A stretch of 64,000 nt of DNA from a bacterium. Lineage in GTDB: Bacteria; Bacteroidota; Bacteroidia; NS11-12g; UBA955. The stretch lies in the NCBI GenBank assembly GCA_029945665.1, contig JAQSCZ010000119.1, forward strand, positions 6,277 through 70,276, written 5' to 3'. Below the pieces are notes generated by a model. The model saw only the letters and a list, made by a program, of their open reading frames with translations. It was not told where the DNA came from and searched no databases. The translations under genes were made by a program, and so were the position numbers. Below are positions 1 to 9,713 of this stretch, in pieces (position 1 is the first letter of the stretch; every line of letters begins with the position of its first letter).

Positions 1-468
1 TTTTATTTGCCCATTGTCTAATTCAAATTGAAGCATGGTGCGCATAACATGAAAACCATGCCGGCCGGCGGCTCCTGGATTCATCACGAGCATGTCTTTA
101 TTATTTTTATCGCGCATTACTCGGAGAATATGACTGTGACCACAGACAAATAAATCGGGTGTATCGGCTTTCAGTTCACCCATTAATTTAGGATTATAAT
201 TACCAGGATAACCGCCAATATGGGTCATCCATACCCTAATGCCTTCGCATTCAAAACGGTTGTGCAAGGGATATCGGTCGCGAATGGCTTGCCCATCTAT
301 GTTACCCCATACACTGCGAATGGGCTTTCCTGTTTGTTCGGCCATGTCACTTAAAGCCTCTAAACCCCAGTCACCCGCGTGCCATAACTCGTCGGCATTG
401 GCAAAATGTTTAACGATATCTGGCTCGATACAACTATGTGTATCACTTAATAATAATATTTTTTTCAA
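1..468 (-). CDS. Metallophosphoesterase family protein (YfcE/MJ0936-like), 3' end beyond window
   Basis: My minus-strand translation from TTG at 468 runs in frame to nt 1. It reads LKKILLLSDTHS...WHAGDWG...WGNIDG...VCGHSH...NPGAAG, the classic phosphoesterase metal-binding motifs. Absent from the ORF track because it is open at the window edge. Confidence 0.8.
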   Translation of the reverse strand, partial: MKKILLLSDTHSCIEPDIVKHFANADELWHAGDWGLEALSDMAEQTGKPIRSVWGNIDGQAIRDRYPLHNRFECEGIRVWMTHIGGYPGNYNPKLMGELKADTPDLFVCGHSHILRVMRDKNNKDMLVMNPGAAGRHGFHVMRTMLQFELDNGQIK

Positions 469-512
469 AACACCACAAAATAATTCTTAATTTGTAAGAT
501 TAAAAAATATAA

Positions 513-1121
513 ATGTTAACCATCTTAATTATAGCCATCACAACCATTGTCAGTATCATTGGTTTTGCCCAGCATAACTTATTTGACAAGGCCCGTTTTT
601 ATCCTTATTATATTCACAACAACCGCGAATATTGGCGCTGGATAAGTGGTGGATTTATACATGCCGACTATTTTCATTTGGCTGTAAATATGTTAACACT
701 CTTTTTTTTCGGTCCACAATTGGAATCCTATTTCTTTCAAATTTTCGGACTAAATGGTGAATTTTTATATGCGGCTATGTATGTAATTGCAATACCTGTT
801 AGCAGCATGTACTCTTATTATCGCCATCAAAACGATATTGGCTATGCCGCTATTGGCGCATCGGGTGCAGTATCTGCCATTCTATTCAGTTTTATTCTAT
901 TCGACCCAACATCGGTATTAAGATTGTACTTTGCCATTCCAATTCCGGCTTGGTTATTTGGCATTTTGTATTTGTTTTATTCTTGGAGCATGAGCAAAAA
1001 ACAATTGGATAATATCGGTCATGATGCGCATTTTTTTGGGGCTTTGTTCGGCATCATTTTTACCATATTAATAAAACCAGATATTTTGTTGTTGTTTATT
1101 CAACATTTTACTGGGCAATAA
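513..1121 (+). CDS. Rhomboid family intramembrane serine protease
   Basis: 202 aa and polytopic. It has HxxxN (HLAVNM), the GxSG catalytic motif (GASGAVSAILF) and a late His (GHDAHFFG). Confidence 0.85.
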   Translation: MLTILIIAITTIVSIIGFAQHNLFDKARFYPYYIHNNREYWRWISGGFIHADYFHLAVNMLTLFFFGPQLESYFFQIFGLNGEFLYAAMYVIAIPVSSMYSYYRHQNDIGYAAIGASGAVSAILFSFILFDPTSVLRLYFAIPIPAWLFGILYLFYSWSMSKKQLDNIGHDAHFFGALFGIIFTILIKPDILLLFIQHFTGQ

Positions 1122-1132
1122 AACAGTACCTT

Positions 1133-1158
1133 AAAAAACATACCGTTCGGTATGTTTT
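1133..1158 (+). terminator. Intrinsic terminator after the rhomboid gene
   Basis: A 10-bp perfect stem, aaaacatacc/ggtatgtttt (1135-1144/1149-1158), with loop gttc, lies 14 nt after the stop. The track's ATG at 1152 sits inside its 3' arm. Confidence 0.55.
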
Positions 1159-1253
1159 CCTTAACTACCTCCAATTTAAACCGTTATATCTCATTTGTAA
1201 ACCATTTGAATAAAAGCTCAAATTCAATTAATTTCGCAACAATAATTACACCC

Positions 1254-2810
1254 ATGCCAACGAAAGAAGATTTAAAAACAATAGTAGAAACATCGTTTAA
1301 TTTTACAGGTGATAGCATCGTTTTAGGTACTGCCCGATTAGGTGATGAGATACTTGAAAACACATTGGTTAGAATTCCACTTAAAACATTTAACAGACAT
1401 GGCTTAATTGCGGGTGCTACTGGTACTGGTAAAACAAAAACATTGCAGAACATTGCTGAGAAATTATCTTCGCATGGCGTGCCTACTTTATTAATGGATA
1501 TTAAAGGCGACCTGAGTGGCATTAGCCAAGCAGGCACCACCAATCCTAAAATTGAAGAACGCCATAGCAAAATTGGTATCCAATGGGAAGCCAAAGGTTT
1601 TCCCACTGAGCTGCTTTCTATCTCAGGCGAAAAAGGGGTGCGATTGAGAGCAACCATCTCTGAATTTGGCCCTGTTTTACTTTCAAAAATATTAGAAATA
1701 AACGACACCCAAAGTGGAGTACTCAGCTTAATTTTCAAGTATTGTGATGACAATAAATTGCCACTCTTAGACATCAAAGATTTAAGGAAAATCTGTCAGT
1801 ATATACAAACGGACGAAGGCAAGGCAGAAGTACAAAAAAACTATGGTTTGGTAAGTCCAGCTTCTGTAGGTGCTATCCTTCGCAGTCTTTTAGAAATAGA
1901 ACAACAAGGCGCAGATGTGTTTTTCGGCGAGCGCAGTTTCGATGTGAATGATTTATTGCGAAAAGACAGTAATGGCAACGGTTATTGCAATATTTTACGC
2001 TTAGCCGATTTGCAAAGTAAACCCAAATTATTTTCCACCTTTATGTTATGTCTATTAGCCGAAATATACGCTACTTTTCCTGAACGAGGTGATATGGACA
2101 AACCGCAATTATGTATCTTTATTGACGAAGCCCATTTGATTTTCAATGAAGCGTCGAAAGCATTGCTTGACCAAATAACTACTATTGTTAAATTAATCCG
2201 CTCGAAAGGCGTCGGCTTGTTCTTTATCACACAAGATCCTACAGATGTACCCGATGCCGTATTGGGTCAGTTAGGGATGAAAATGCAACATGCTTTAAGA
2301 GCCTTTACCGAAAAAGATAGAAAGGCCATTAAAACGGTGGCTGAAAATTTCCCACCTTCAGATTTTTATAAAACCTCCGATTTATTAACCGCCTTGGGAA
2401 TTGGCGAAGCCTTGGTGACTGTGTTAAATGAAAAAGGAATACCTACCCCACTTATTCATACCTACCTTACGGCTCCTCAAAGCAGAATGGATATAATTAG
2501 TCCCGCTGAAATGGATGCCTTGGTTAGTCAATCGCAATTGGTGCGTATTTATAACGAAGAAATAGACCGTGAATCGGCCTTTGAAATATTAACTAAGAAA
2601 CTAGAGGCCCATGAAATTGCCGCTAAAGAAGAAGCCGAAGCAAAAGCTGAAGAAAAAGAAGAAAAGAAAGCAAGTAATGAACCTTCAACTGTTGAAAAAG
2701 TATTAAATAATAGCGTTGCTAAGATTGTTATACGCGAGGTTACCCGTGGCTTATTGGGTGTATTGGGTATAAAATCGAGCACTAGACGCAAGTCTAATTC
2801 TTGGTTCTAA
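1254..2810 (+). CDS. DUF853 / HerA-like P-loop ATPase (E. coli YjgR family)
   Basis: Walker A is GATGTGKTKT and Walker B is LCIFIDEAHLIF. The N-terminus from the ATG at 1254 aligns by memory with YjgR (NRHGLI.GATGTGKT..LQ..AE.LS..GVP....D.KGDL.G). The tail is acidic and Lys-rich. I prefer the 1254 start over the track's 1152. Confidence 0.85.
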   Translation: MPTKEDLKTIVETSFNFTGDSIVLGTARLGDEILENTLVRIPLKTFNRHGLIAGATGTGKTKTLQNIAEKLSSHGVPTLLMDIKGDLSGISQAGTTNPKIEERHSKIGIQWEAKGFPTELLSISGEKGVRLRATISEFGPVLLSKILEINDTQSGVLSLIFKYCDDNKLPLLDIKDLRKICQYIQTDEGKAEVQKNYGLVSPASVGAILRSLLEIEQQGADVFFGERSFDVNDLLRKDSNGNGYCNILRLADLQSKPKLFSTFMLCLLAEIYATFPERGDMDKPQLCIFIDEAHLIFNEASKALLDQITTIVKLIRSKGVGLFFITQDPTDVPDAVLGQLGMKMQHALRAFTEKDRKAIKTVAENFPPSDFYKTSDLLTALGIGEALVTVLNEKGIPTPLIHTYLTAPQSRMDIISPAEMDALVSQSQLVRIYNEEIDRESAFEILTKKLEAHEIAAKEEAEAKAEEKEEKKASNEPSTVEKVLNNSVAKIVIREVTRGLLGVLGIKSSTRRKSNSWF

Positions 2811-2828
2811 AAATTTAAAAACTATCAA

Positions 2829-3284
2829 ATGAATCAAGTATTTCTCAATCAAATTAACCAGGACTTAATCAAATCGATTAAAGCCAAGTACCAAATGGAT
2901 GACAGCAAAGTATTGGCTGTAAGCGAAGCTGGGAAGGCCTCAATTATAAGCAGTTTAAAGAGCTTTGTTATTAAAAATGGAACCACTGAAATTGAATCGG
3001 TACTTTTAAATAAAAGTAGTTTTAATGGCACTTCTTTACAAAAATTTTGTTTTCAAAATTTCGAAAAAGACATTGCAGATAAAAAAATACTCAGTGCCAC
3101 AGAAACGAATGAGGTAGCTGAATTTTCAATTAACTATTTAATCGACCGTTTTAAGTTAGGCTTTGTTGAATCGGGAAATAGCAAGGATTTGGATGGCATT
3201 TGTAAATTTCTCGATATCGATAAGAAATTATTGAACCTTGTGAATTCACCCGTAGGAAAAATACTGGGTAAATTTTTTAAATAA
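2829..3284 (+). CDS. Hypothetical protein (151 aa, soluble, helical-looking)
   Basis: ORF lies 18 nt downstream of the DUF853 gene on the same strand. I recognise no motif. Confidence 0.5.
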   Translation: MNQVFLNQINQDLIKSIKAKYQMDDSKVLAVSEAGKASIISSLKSFVIKNGTTEIESVLLNKSSFNGTSLQKFCFQNFEKDIADKKILSATETNEVAEFSINYLIDRFKLGFVESGNSKDLDGICKFLDIDKKLLNLVNSPVGKILGKFFK

Positions 3285-3383
3285 CGCTTAATCAAAGCCG
3301 TTTGGAATAAAACCTAAGCGGTTGTATATTGCAGTCCTGAAACACGACTTAAAAAGTCCTGATTTTACTAGCTTATCACATAA

Positions 3384-3539
3384 ATGAAAGATTCTTTTAG
3401 CAATAATATTTCCATATCAAGTTTTAAAACAACCTTAATAATTTCCGAAATTGTTATAACTGCGTTGGTTTTATTTGGATTCTATTTAATTTTCAATCAG
3501 TTCTCTAAAAGGGATAAGGCCTTTAAAAATAAAAAATAA
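3384..3539 (+). CDS. Possible 51-aa single-pass membrane microprotein
   Basis: MKDSFSNNISISSFKTTLIISEIVITALVLFGFYLIFNQFSKRDKAFKNKK has one hydrophobic helix and a basic tail. It is below the ORF-track size cut-off and has no homology support. Confidence 0.25.
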   Translation: MKDSFSNNISISSFKTTLIISEIVITALVLFGFYLIFNQFSKRDKAFKNKK

Positions 3540-3666
3540 TTTAACGTAAGTTCGGGTTTAGGAGGCATGGTCAACTAAATTTTGCTTCAATCTTGTGTAA
3601 ATAATTTAAAAAAAGGTAATCGAAGTAAATAAATTGTAAATAATAATGGCATTTTAGGAGGAAAAT

Positions 3667-3736
3667 GCGGGCTGGGTCCATCCCGATTTACATCGGACGT
3701 AAAAATTTCAAGCGGTCAGGGATGAAGATTTGTGCG
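3667..3736 (+). repeat. Copy 1 of a G+C-rich repeat: GCG.G.TGGGTCCA-[hairpin]-GTAAAAATTTnAAnnGGTCAGGGATGAAG..TGCG
   Basis: Direct reading. It shares about 40 identical positions with copy 2. The variable insert is itself a hairpin (ccgat-ttac-atcgg). CATCCC (3679-3684) is complementary to GGGATG (3719-3724). Confidence 0.5.
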
Positions 3737-3805
3737 AATTAAAAAAAACCTTAACCAAAACTACTACCTATTAAAATTTTACAACTTTTATCGAAGGCAG
3801 GTTCT

Positions 3806-3862
3806 GCGCGTTGGGTCCACGCATGCGTAAAAATTTTAATTGGTCAGGGATGAAGGGTGCGC
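3806..3862 (+). repeat. Copy 2 of the same repeat
   Basis: gcgcgttGGGTCCAcgcatgcGTAAAAATTTtAAttGGTCAGGGATGAAGggtgcgc. Here the variable insert is a different palindrome (cgcatgcg). Confidence 0.5.
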
Positions 3863-3909
3863 CTGCGCGTGAAGACCAATTGAAATTTTCTATGCGTGGT
3901 GGTTTTTTT
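3817..3909 (+). other. Long imperfect hairpin plus T-tract (candidate 3' end of a small RNA)
   Basis: ccacgcatgcgtaaaaattttaattggtc (3817-3845) pairs with gaccaattgaaattttctatgcgtgg (3874-3899) and is followed by tggttttttta. No plus-strand gene lies upstream or downstream to terminate. Confidence 0.3.
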
Positions 3910-4078
3910 ATTCGCAAGCTCATGAGAACGCCTTCGGCTAAGTTTTGCTACTTTTTTGCCCACACTAACGACGAGGTCGTAGCGAAGCTAAAGGAGAAGC
4001 AAATGAATATGATTAAAATATTTGATATGTTATATTCAATTGACATACTTAAACTGAACTCACGTTAATTTACAACAA

Positions 4079-7000
4079 TTATTGTTCAACCTTAGTTGCT
4101 GAATCTTTCGCCTTTTTCTTTTTCCTAATTCTATTAAATTCCTTGGTATAAACTAAACCAACACCAGTAGTATTAATTGGCGTATTGAGTACTGTGGTAC
4201 TCACAGAATTTATATTCGACCGGGTATAAGCCTTTACTCTTAAATTGCCTTTTTTAGTTATTTTATACTCAATATTGATATTCGGACGGTTACTCAAATT
4301 GCTATAACTTCCATCAAAGATTAACTTGTCATTAAAAAATTTGCTACTCAATGCTAAACCGTATTCGGCAGGTAAATAGAAATTCCCATTTTTATAAATC
4401 ACGTTTACTTTCCAGTTGGGATCGATTTTATTCAACCAATTACTCAATTGCGCTGATAACAAATCGCTACCTGCGCTTGACAAAGCTTGGCCACCTGCGT
4501 TTGATAAGCCGGCATTGCCTTGCGCAAAATTAGGGGTGATAAATTGTTTCATAATAAGCAAACTAAATACCTGTCTGCTCACCTCCTCTTTATCGGCCCG
4601 AATTCTCCCAATTATCGACGACAATTGAACTGTTAAATTACTAGGAACCTCCGACTGAAGTTTCGGAAAATTCAACCCAAAACTAATATCCGGCGTAAAT
4701 AAGTTACCTCTTATATACAATTCACTTTCTGCCGTTATATTTGGTACTGAAACATTTGAATTCAATGTTACAGCAGCTAACAAAGGACTAGAGGTTGTTT
4801 TTTCGGTATTATAAGCAACCAAATTCAATTGCGCATTCAATGGGTCGCCAAACCAACTAATGGTTCCACCAGGACGAACAAAAAACGGCTTATTGTACAA
4901 ATCAAATGCTGTAAATAAATATTTTCCTTTTGCAACCGTATAGGTTCCGAACATATAAAAATCAGCACTTTTCGTCATTTCCATTTTAATATTTCCGCGA
5001 CCATTTCCTGAAATTTTATCACCTAAACTTTCGTCAAAAATTATATCGATATTAGCATCTGTAGTGGCTTCAATATCCATAATTAAGGAACGAATAGGGA
5101 AATCATCATTTCCTCTCCTTGAATTCTTCTTCGCTGTTTTAAAATGAACATAAGCCGGAAAACCGCTGGCATCACCATCGCTAATTGGCAAATAAAAATA
5201 GGTGCCCGGCATTGTTCTGGCATCTATTTTAATATCTAGATCGTCAAAAGGACCTCTGAAATAGGCATTTCCAGTGGCGTAAGCCGTGCCATAATACACG
5301 CTATTATTAACAGAAGTTGTATTTAAAACATGGAAGTTGTTAAATTTAGTGATACTCAAATCCAAATAGAAATTACTAAAGTCGTTGTGCCTAATACTTC
5401 CTTGAACGATACCCTTACTACCGCGGTTATCGCTAACATCAAATTTATTAATAGTAAATGCATTTTGGGAAGTGGTAATCACCGCATCGAATGCAATAGG
5501 TATATTTAAATAATCAATTAATAAATTGGCCTCATCTATATGAATATCTCCAGATAACATTGGGTGCTCGAAACTGCCTTTTAACTCTAAATTGTTCGTA
5601 TAAAAACGGCCTTGCATATTGCTTACCAAATCAATTAAGAATGGCTGAAAGACTTTGATTTCTGAAGGTGGGATTGTTATTTTAAGATCTAAATTATTAG
5701 ACTTACTTTTAAAATCTACGATACCTTTTACCAGTAAAGAATCCAATACACCGCCGACAACTTTAATACTCACATCCTGTATAACAGGATTCGCAGTGCT
5801 CTTAGATACTACAAACAAATCACCAATTGTATCTTTGCCAACCACCAAGTTTATGATGTTTAAATCGGACGTAAGAACGGGTTTGCTTTCAATTATTTTG
5901 TAGGTTAATTGCCCTTTGGTAACACCGCCTAACAAAGGAATATTTTTGTCTTTTAAAATTTTATTAATACTCGCCAATCCAAAGTCATTGACCATGATAT
6001 TTAATTGATTTGCCGAACTAGTGCCATACTCTCCCACTATATTTAGTGCTTGATTGCCATTTAACAATGTAAAATCTTTGAGTTCGAATTTATCGTTGGT
6101 AAATAATAAAGATGCCATTTTTTGGAGCTTCCATTGGTCCTTTTCCAAATCAATATTCGATTCTAAAATTTGTAGTTCTATGCTATCTTTTCCAAACATC
6201 ACTCTACCCCCAGCATCTAAAGCCAGGGCATAACCTGTATCTTGAACATTTAATTTAAAATTAATGATGTTGTCGTAAACAGAAGAATTGATCACAATAT
6301 CTTGTGTTTTTATGCTTGAATTATTTGTGAAATTACTAGCGGTAACGTCAATTTTCAAAAGAGTATTATCCAACTTATAGGCATTAATTGCAAGATTATT
6401 GATTTCATAATCATCGTAAGTTATTTTTTCATTGCTTGTTTTAAAAGTAATGTATTGATTAGCCGATTGATAAAATCCGTTTGCTTTACATGGCATTAAT
6501 GTAATATTAGGAGCATAGAGCGTTGTTAATTTATCAGGCTCTTTTAAATCAATACTAAACTTAAAATCCTCGTTTGGCAAATTCTCTTTGGGTTTATTAA
6601 AATAAGCAGGTATTAACTGGTGCAACATGTGCAACAATGAAATATCTATTTTACTAAGGGTATATTTTCCTTCAATTTGAATATCGGCAAATTCGCTGCT
6701 TAGTTTCAATTCCTTTTGCTGACTGCTTATATAATTTGAAGACAATTGAATGGAAGGAATATCAACGGTTGTGTTATTCCTAAAAACTTTAATATCGGTT
6801 CCCGTAATACTTCCAACGGCATCATCTAAATTTTTACCTTTAAAATCTAGCATAAATATACCTTTTACATTTTGTTCGGTCGTATCAAAACCTAAAGAAC
6901 CCAGGTCGGCATTAAATATCTTTGCATTGAAGATTGCCTCTGGAATATTGCCACCTGAATTGAATTCACCGTCAAAATCTAAGTTCAAGTGCGGATCGCG

Positions 7001-8479
7001 AATTTCTGCTATTCCCGAAAATAGATTCTTGCTAATTTTACCTTTTGCTTTAATATTTTGATAGGTGTAATTGCGAAAACCCAATTGACTAATATCGCCT
7101 TCGACATTTAACATATATTTTTCGGCGTTCATACCAACGCCTTCAATCTTCATATCAAAAGCGGCGTTATCAAAAGGGGATTGAGGCAAGAATGTTTTGA
7201 GTTTAAAATAAGCAGTTTTTAACTTTCCGGAATAGGTTGCAGTCTCCAAACCATCTTTGTATTTTAAATTCATATCTGCATCAAAATCGCCAAGGCTGGT
7301 TGTTATGGCACCAAAAGTAACAAAGTCATTATAGTATCCAGAGAAATTTCCTTTGTAACCAATGGTTCCCAAAGTACTCATGTTGCTTGGAATATTTCCG
7401 AAACTAATGGTATTTAAATCCTTGTAATTGGTTACAAAATGATTGACATCGAATACCATGAGTGTGTTGTCTATATTTGGCAATCCAGTTAAGCTCCAAT
7501 CGCCTTCATAGGTCGTTTTATCAAAGAGTTTCAATTTGATATTCCTACCTTTCATTTTTTTAACATACCCTTCGGCATAGCCTGTTGCGAAAATGGCTGT
7601 TTTATATTCCTTTAAATAATTACTAAAAAAGCCCAAATCAATTGCATCAATCTTTGCATCTTTGAAATTCGCCTTCATGAAAATATTATTATTAAAATCA
7701 TTATAGTCTTTCCAATCTTTAGAAACCAAGATGAATTGATTGCCTATGAGACTGTAAGGTGTTTGTAATAACATATCATTTAATTCAATGCCACCTTCAT
7801 GTATTTTAGCATCTGCCGAAAGTTCGGTAACTACTAAGCCGCATTTTTCTCGAAACTCAAAATGTTCTGAATGGAAATGCATCGAATCATCAACCAGATA
7901 AAAGTCATTCAATATACCATTGATATTGCGATAACTCATGTCATTGTAATTAAAATCCATGAAATCGGGCGTTTCACCATTCCTGCTAAAATAATCGAAC
8001 CGGGTATTGATCACATTCACACGTTTACTGTAAACTGTCCAAATGAGTTTAGGTTTATTGGGATCCCGCGGGCCACCACTGTTAAAATAATCTATAAAGA
8101 ATTCAAAATTCCCCACTGAATCACCATTGTGCTCTCCAAACAAAACCTTAGCTCCTTCAATAGTTACCTCATTAAAACTTACAATTCGCTTTAAATTATC
8201 AAAATCTTTGTAATCCGCTTTAATATTTCTAAAATAAAACAAGGTGTCTTGGTGCTGATCTTCAATGTAGACATTCTGAAGAACAGCTGTTTTAAAAAAA
8301 TCAATATCCACTGCTCCAACCCTAATTTTAGTACCCATTTGCTGACTTAGGTAGGTAGTAGCTTTTTGGACTAACCAGGTTTGAACGGGTTGACTTTTGA
8401 AAACAATATAAAGTAAGCCTATGCTAAAAATTAACAATAGTAAAATAAAACGCGCTATTTTAGATATTTTTGCAAGCAC
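4079..8479 (-). CDS. tamB: Translocation/assembly module TamB-like protein (AsmA-like superfamily)
   Basis: 1466 aa with an N-terminal membrane anchor (IARFILLLLIFSIGLLYIV), then a very long beta-rich, Asn/Asp/Gly-rich body. It is divergent from tsaD, an arrangement I recall as common in Bacteroidota. GTG start. Confidence 0.7.
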   Translation of the reverse strand: MLAKISKIARFILLLLIFSIGLLYIVFKSQPVQTWLVQKATTYLSQQMGTKIRVGAVDIDFFKTAVLQNVYIEDQHQDTLFYFRNIKADYKDFDNLKRIVSFNEVTIEGAKVLFGEHNGDSVGNFEFFIDYFNSGGPRDPNKPKLIWTVYSKRVNVINTRFDYFSRNGETPDFMDFNYNDMSYRNINGILNDFYLVDDSMHFHSEHFEFREKCGLVVTELSADAKIHEGGIELNDMLLQTPYSLIGNQFILVSKDWKDYNDFNNNIFMKANFKDAKIDAIDLGFFSNYLKEYKTAIFATGYAEGYVKKMKGRNIKLKLFDKTTYEGDWSLTGLPNIDNTLMVFDVNHFVTNYKDLNTISFGNIPSNMSTLGTIGYKGNFSGYYNDFVTFGAITTSLGDFDADMNLKYKDGLETATYSGKLKTAYFKLKTFLPQSPFDNAAFDMKIEGVGMNAEKYMLNVEGDISQLGFRNYTYQNIKAKGKISKNLFSGIAEIRDPHLNLDFDGEFNSGGNIPEAIFNAKIFNADLGSLGFDTTEQNVKGIFMLDFKGKNLDDAVGSITGTDIKVFRNNTTVDIPSIQLSSNYISSQQKELKLSSEFADIQIEGKYTLSKIDISLLHMLHQLIPAYFNKPKENLPNEDFKFSIDLKEPDKLTTLYAPNITLMPCKANGFYQSANQYITFKTSNEKITYDDYEINNLAINAYKLDNTLLKIDVTASNFTNNSSIKTQDIVINSSVYDNIINFKLNVQDTGYALALDAGGRVMFGKDSIELQILESNIDLEKDQWKLQKMASLLFTNDKFELKDFTLLNGNQALNIVGEYGTSSANQLNIMVNDFGLASINKILKDKNIPLLGGVTKGQLTYKIIESKPVLTSDLNIINLVVGKDTIGDLFVVSKSTANPVIQDVSIKVVGGVLDSLLVKGIVDFKSKSNNLDLKITIPPSEIKVFQPFLIDLVSNMQGRFYTNNLELKGSFEHPMLSGDIHIDEANLLIDYLNIPIAFDAVITTSQNAFTINKFDVSDNRGSKGIVQGSIRHNDFSNFYLDLSITKFNNFHVLNTTSVNNSVYYGTAYATGNAYFRGPFDDLDIKIDARTMPGTYFYLPISDGDASGFPAYVHFKTAKKNSRRGNDDFPIRSLIMDIEATTDANIDIIFDESLGDKISGNGRGNIKMEMTKSADFYMFGTYTVAKGKYLFTAFDLYNKPFFVRPGGTISWFGDPLNAQLNLVAYNTEKTTSSPLLAAVTLNSNVSVPNITAESELYIRGNLFTPDISFGLNFPKLQSEVPSNLTVQLSSIIGRIRADKEEVSRQVFSLLIMKQFITPNFAQGNAGLSNAGGQALSSAGSDLLSAQLSNWLNKIDPNWKVNVIYKNGNFYLPAEYGLALSSKFFNDKLIFDGSYSNLSNRPNINIEYKITKKGNLRVKAYTRSNINSVSTTVLNTPINTTGVGLVYTKEFNRIRKKKKAKDSATKVEQ

Positions 8480-8534
8480 TTAAATTTTCAATTTTTGCAA
8501 ATATACCTACAATGCAATTGCCAATATTAACAGT

Positions 8535-9551
8535 ATGCCATTAAATTCAGACACTCCCCTTATACTGGCCATTGAAACATCGTGCGATGATACTGCTGCA
8601 GCTGTATTATACAATGGCAAAATGCTTGCCAATATTGTAGCTACCCAAAAAATACATGAGCAATATGGTGGTGTAATTCCGGAATTGGCCAGCAGAGCCC
8701 ATCAACAAAACATATTGCCTGTTGTCGATTCTGCTTTAAAACAAGCCGGCAAAACCATGAAAGATGTATCGGCAATTGCTTACACCCAAGGTCCTGGATT
8801 AATTGGCTCCTTATTGGTAGGTTGTCAATTTGCCAAGGGCTTATCTGCAGCGCTCAACATACCAACCATTGGAGTCAATCATTTAAAAGCCCATATTGGG
8901 GCGCATTATTTAAATGAGGTGCCACCTCAATTCCCGTTTTTATGTTTGCTTGTTTCGGGTGGTCATACACAAATAGTAAAAGTTACCAATCATTTGGAGA
9001 TGGAAATAATTGGCTCCACGATAGACGATGCCGCAGGTGAGGCATTTGATAAGGCTGCTAAAATGATTGGCCTACCCTATCCTGGCGGACCACTAATCGA
9101 TCAGTTAGCTAACAAGGGCAATCCAATGGCCTATAAATTCCCCATTGCAAAAGTTGATGGATACAATTTTAGTTTTAGTGGATTAAAAACTTCCATTTTA
9201 TATTTCTTACAAAAGCACAAAGCAGAGGACCCTCAATTCATAGAAAAAAACTTAAATGATATTTGTGCGAGCATTCGCTTTACGATTGTTAAAACATTGA
9301 TGCAAACATTGGAGCGGGCAGCAATGGATTTAAACATTAAAGAGATAGGCATTGCAGGCGGTGTAAGCGCCAATACACTGCTTAGAGATGAACTAATGAC
9401 GACTGGTATAAAAAACAAATGGTCTACTTATATCCCGCCTTTCGAATATTGTACTGACAATGCTGGAATGATTGGAATTTTGGCGCATTATCAATATCTA
9501 ATAGCTGATTTTGCTTCGCTTAACGATATGCCTTATCCACGAGGACTGTAG
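8535..9551 (+). CDS. tsaD: tRNA N6-adenosine threonylcarbamoyltransferase TsaD
   Basis: ILAIETSCDDTAAAV N-terminus, the metal-binding motif NHLKAHI, then VSGGHT and GIAGGVSAN. Confidence 0.95.
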   Translation: MPLNSDTPLILAIETSCDDTAAAVLYNGKMLANIVATQKIHEQYGGVIPELASRAHQQNILPVVDSALKQAGKTMKDVSAIAYTQGPGLIGSLLVGCQFAKGLSAALNIPTIGVNHLKAHIGAHYLNEVPPQFPFLCLLVSGGHTQIVKVTNHLEMEIIGSTIDDAAGEAFDKAAKMIGLPYPGGPLIDQLANKGNPMAYKFPIAKVDGYNFSFSGLKTSILYFLQKHKAEDPQFIEKNLNDICASIRFTIVKTLMQTLERAAMDLNIKEIGIAGGVSANTLLRDELMTTGIKNKWSTYIPPFEYCTDNAGMIGILAHYQYLIADFASLNDMPYPRGL

Positions 9552-9713
9552 TTTTGGTTTAAATGTAATTTAAACTTCTAGGTCATTTGGGTGGTTAAAA
9601 TCTAGCTTTCAATGTTTTTGTAGGTTGTATCTTACCTTTTGTCGAAGATGAAAATTACTTTGTCGCATTTAAAAACAATTAAGGCTCAAAGTGGTTACAA
9701 TTGCAATTCTTTT

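Noticed and set aside
1184-1777. 197-aa antisense ORF inside the DUF853 ATPase gene
   Set aside because: It is fully embedded opposite a gene with strong motif support. The translation is Ser/Leu/Pro-rich with no motifs. Long antisense frames opposite real genes are a known codon-bias artefact.
1254-2810. HerA-like ATPase as part of a defence system (Sir2/HerA, DUF4297/HerA, NurA/HerA)
   Set aside because: The sequence matches the housekeeping-type YjgR/DUF853 pattern. No nuclease, Sir2 or NurA partner is adjacent.
3715-3727. SRP (4.5S) RNA-like motifs: GGTCAGG...GAAG here and in copy 2, and GAAGCAG at 15860-15866
   Set aside because: The similarity to GGUCAGGUCCGGAAGGAAGCAGCC is partial. 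The GGAA tetraloop helix and the complementary 3' strand are missing, so this is not an ffs gene.
3811-4068. 85-aa ORF in the track
   Set aside because: It starts at a non-ATG codon inside the repeat and hairpin region and reads straight through the hairpin and T-tract. The composition is not protein-like. It is treated as non-coding, but its shared RKNF..SGMK peptide with a 25-aa ORF is noted in the findings.
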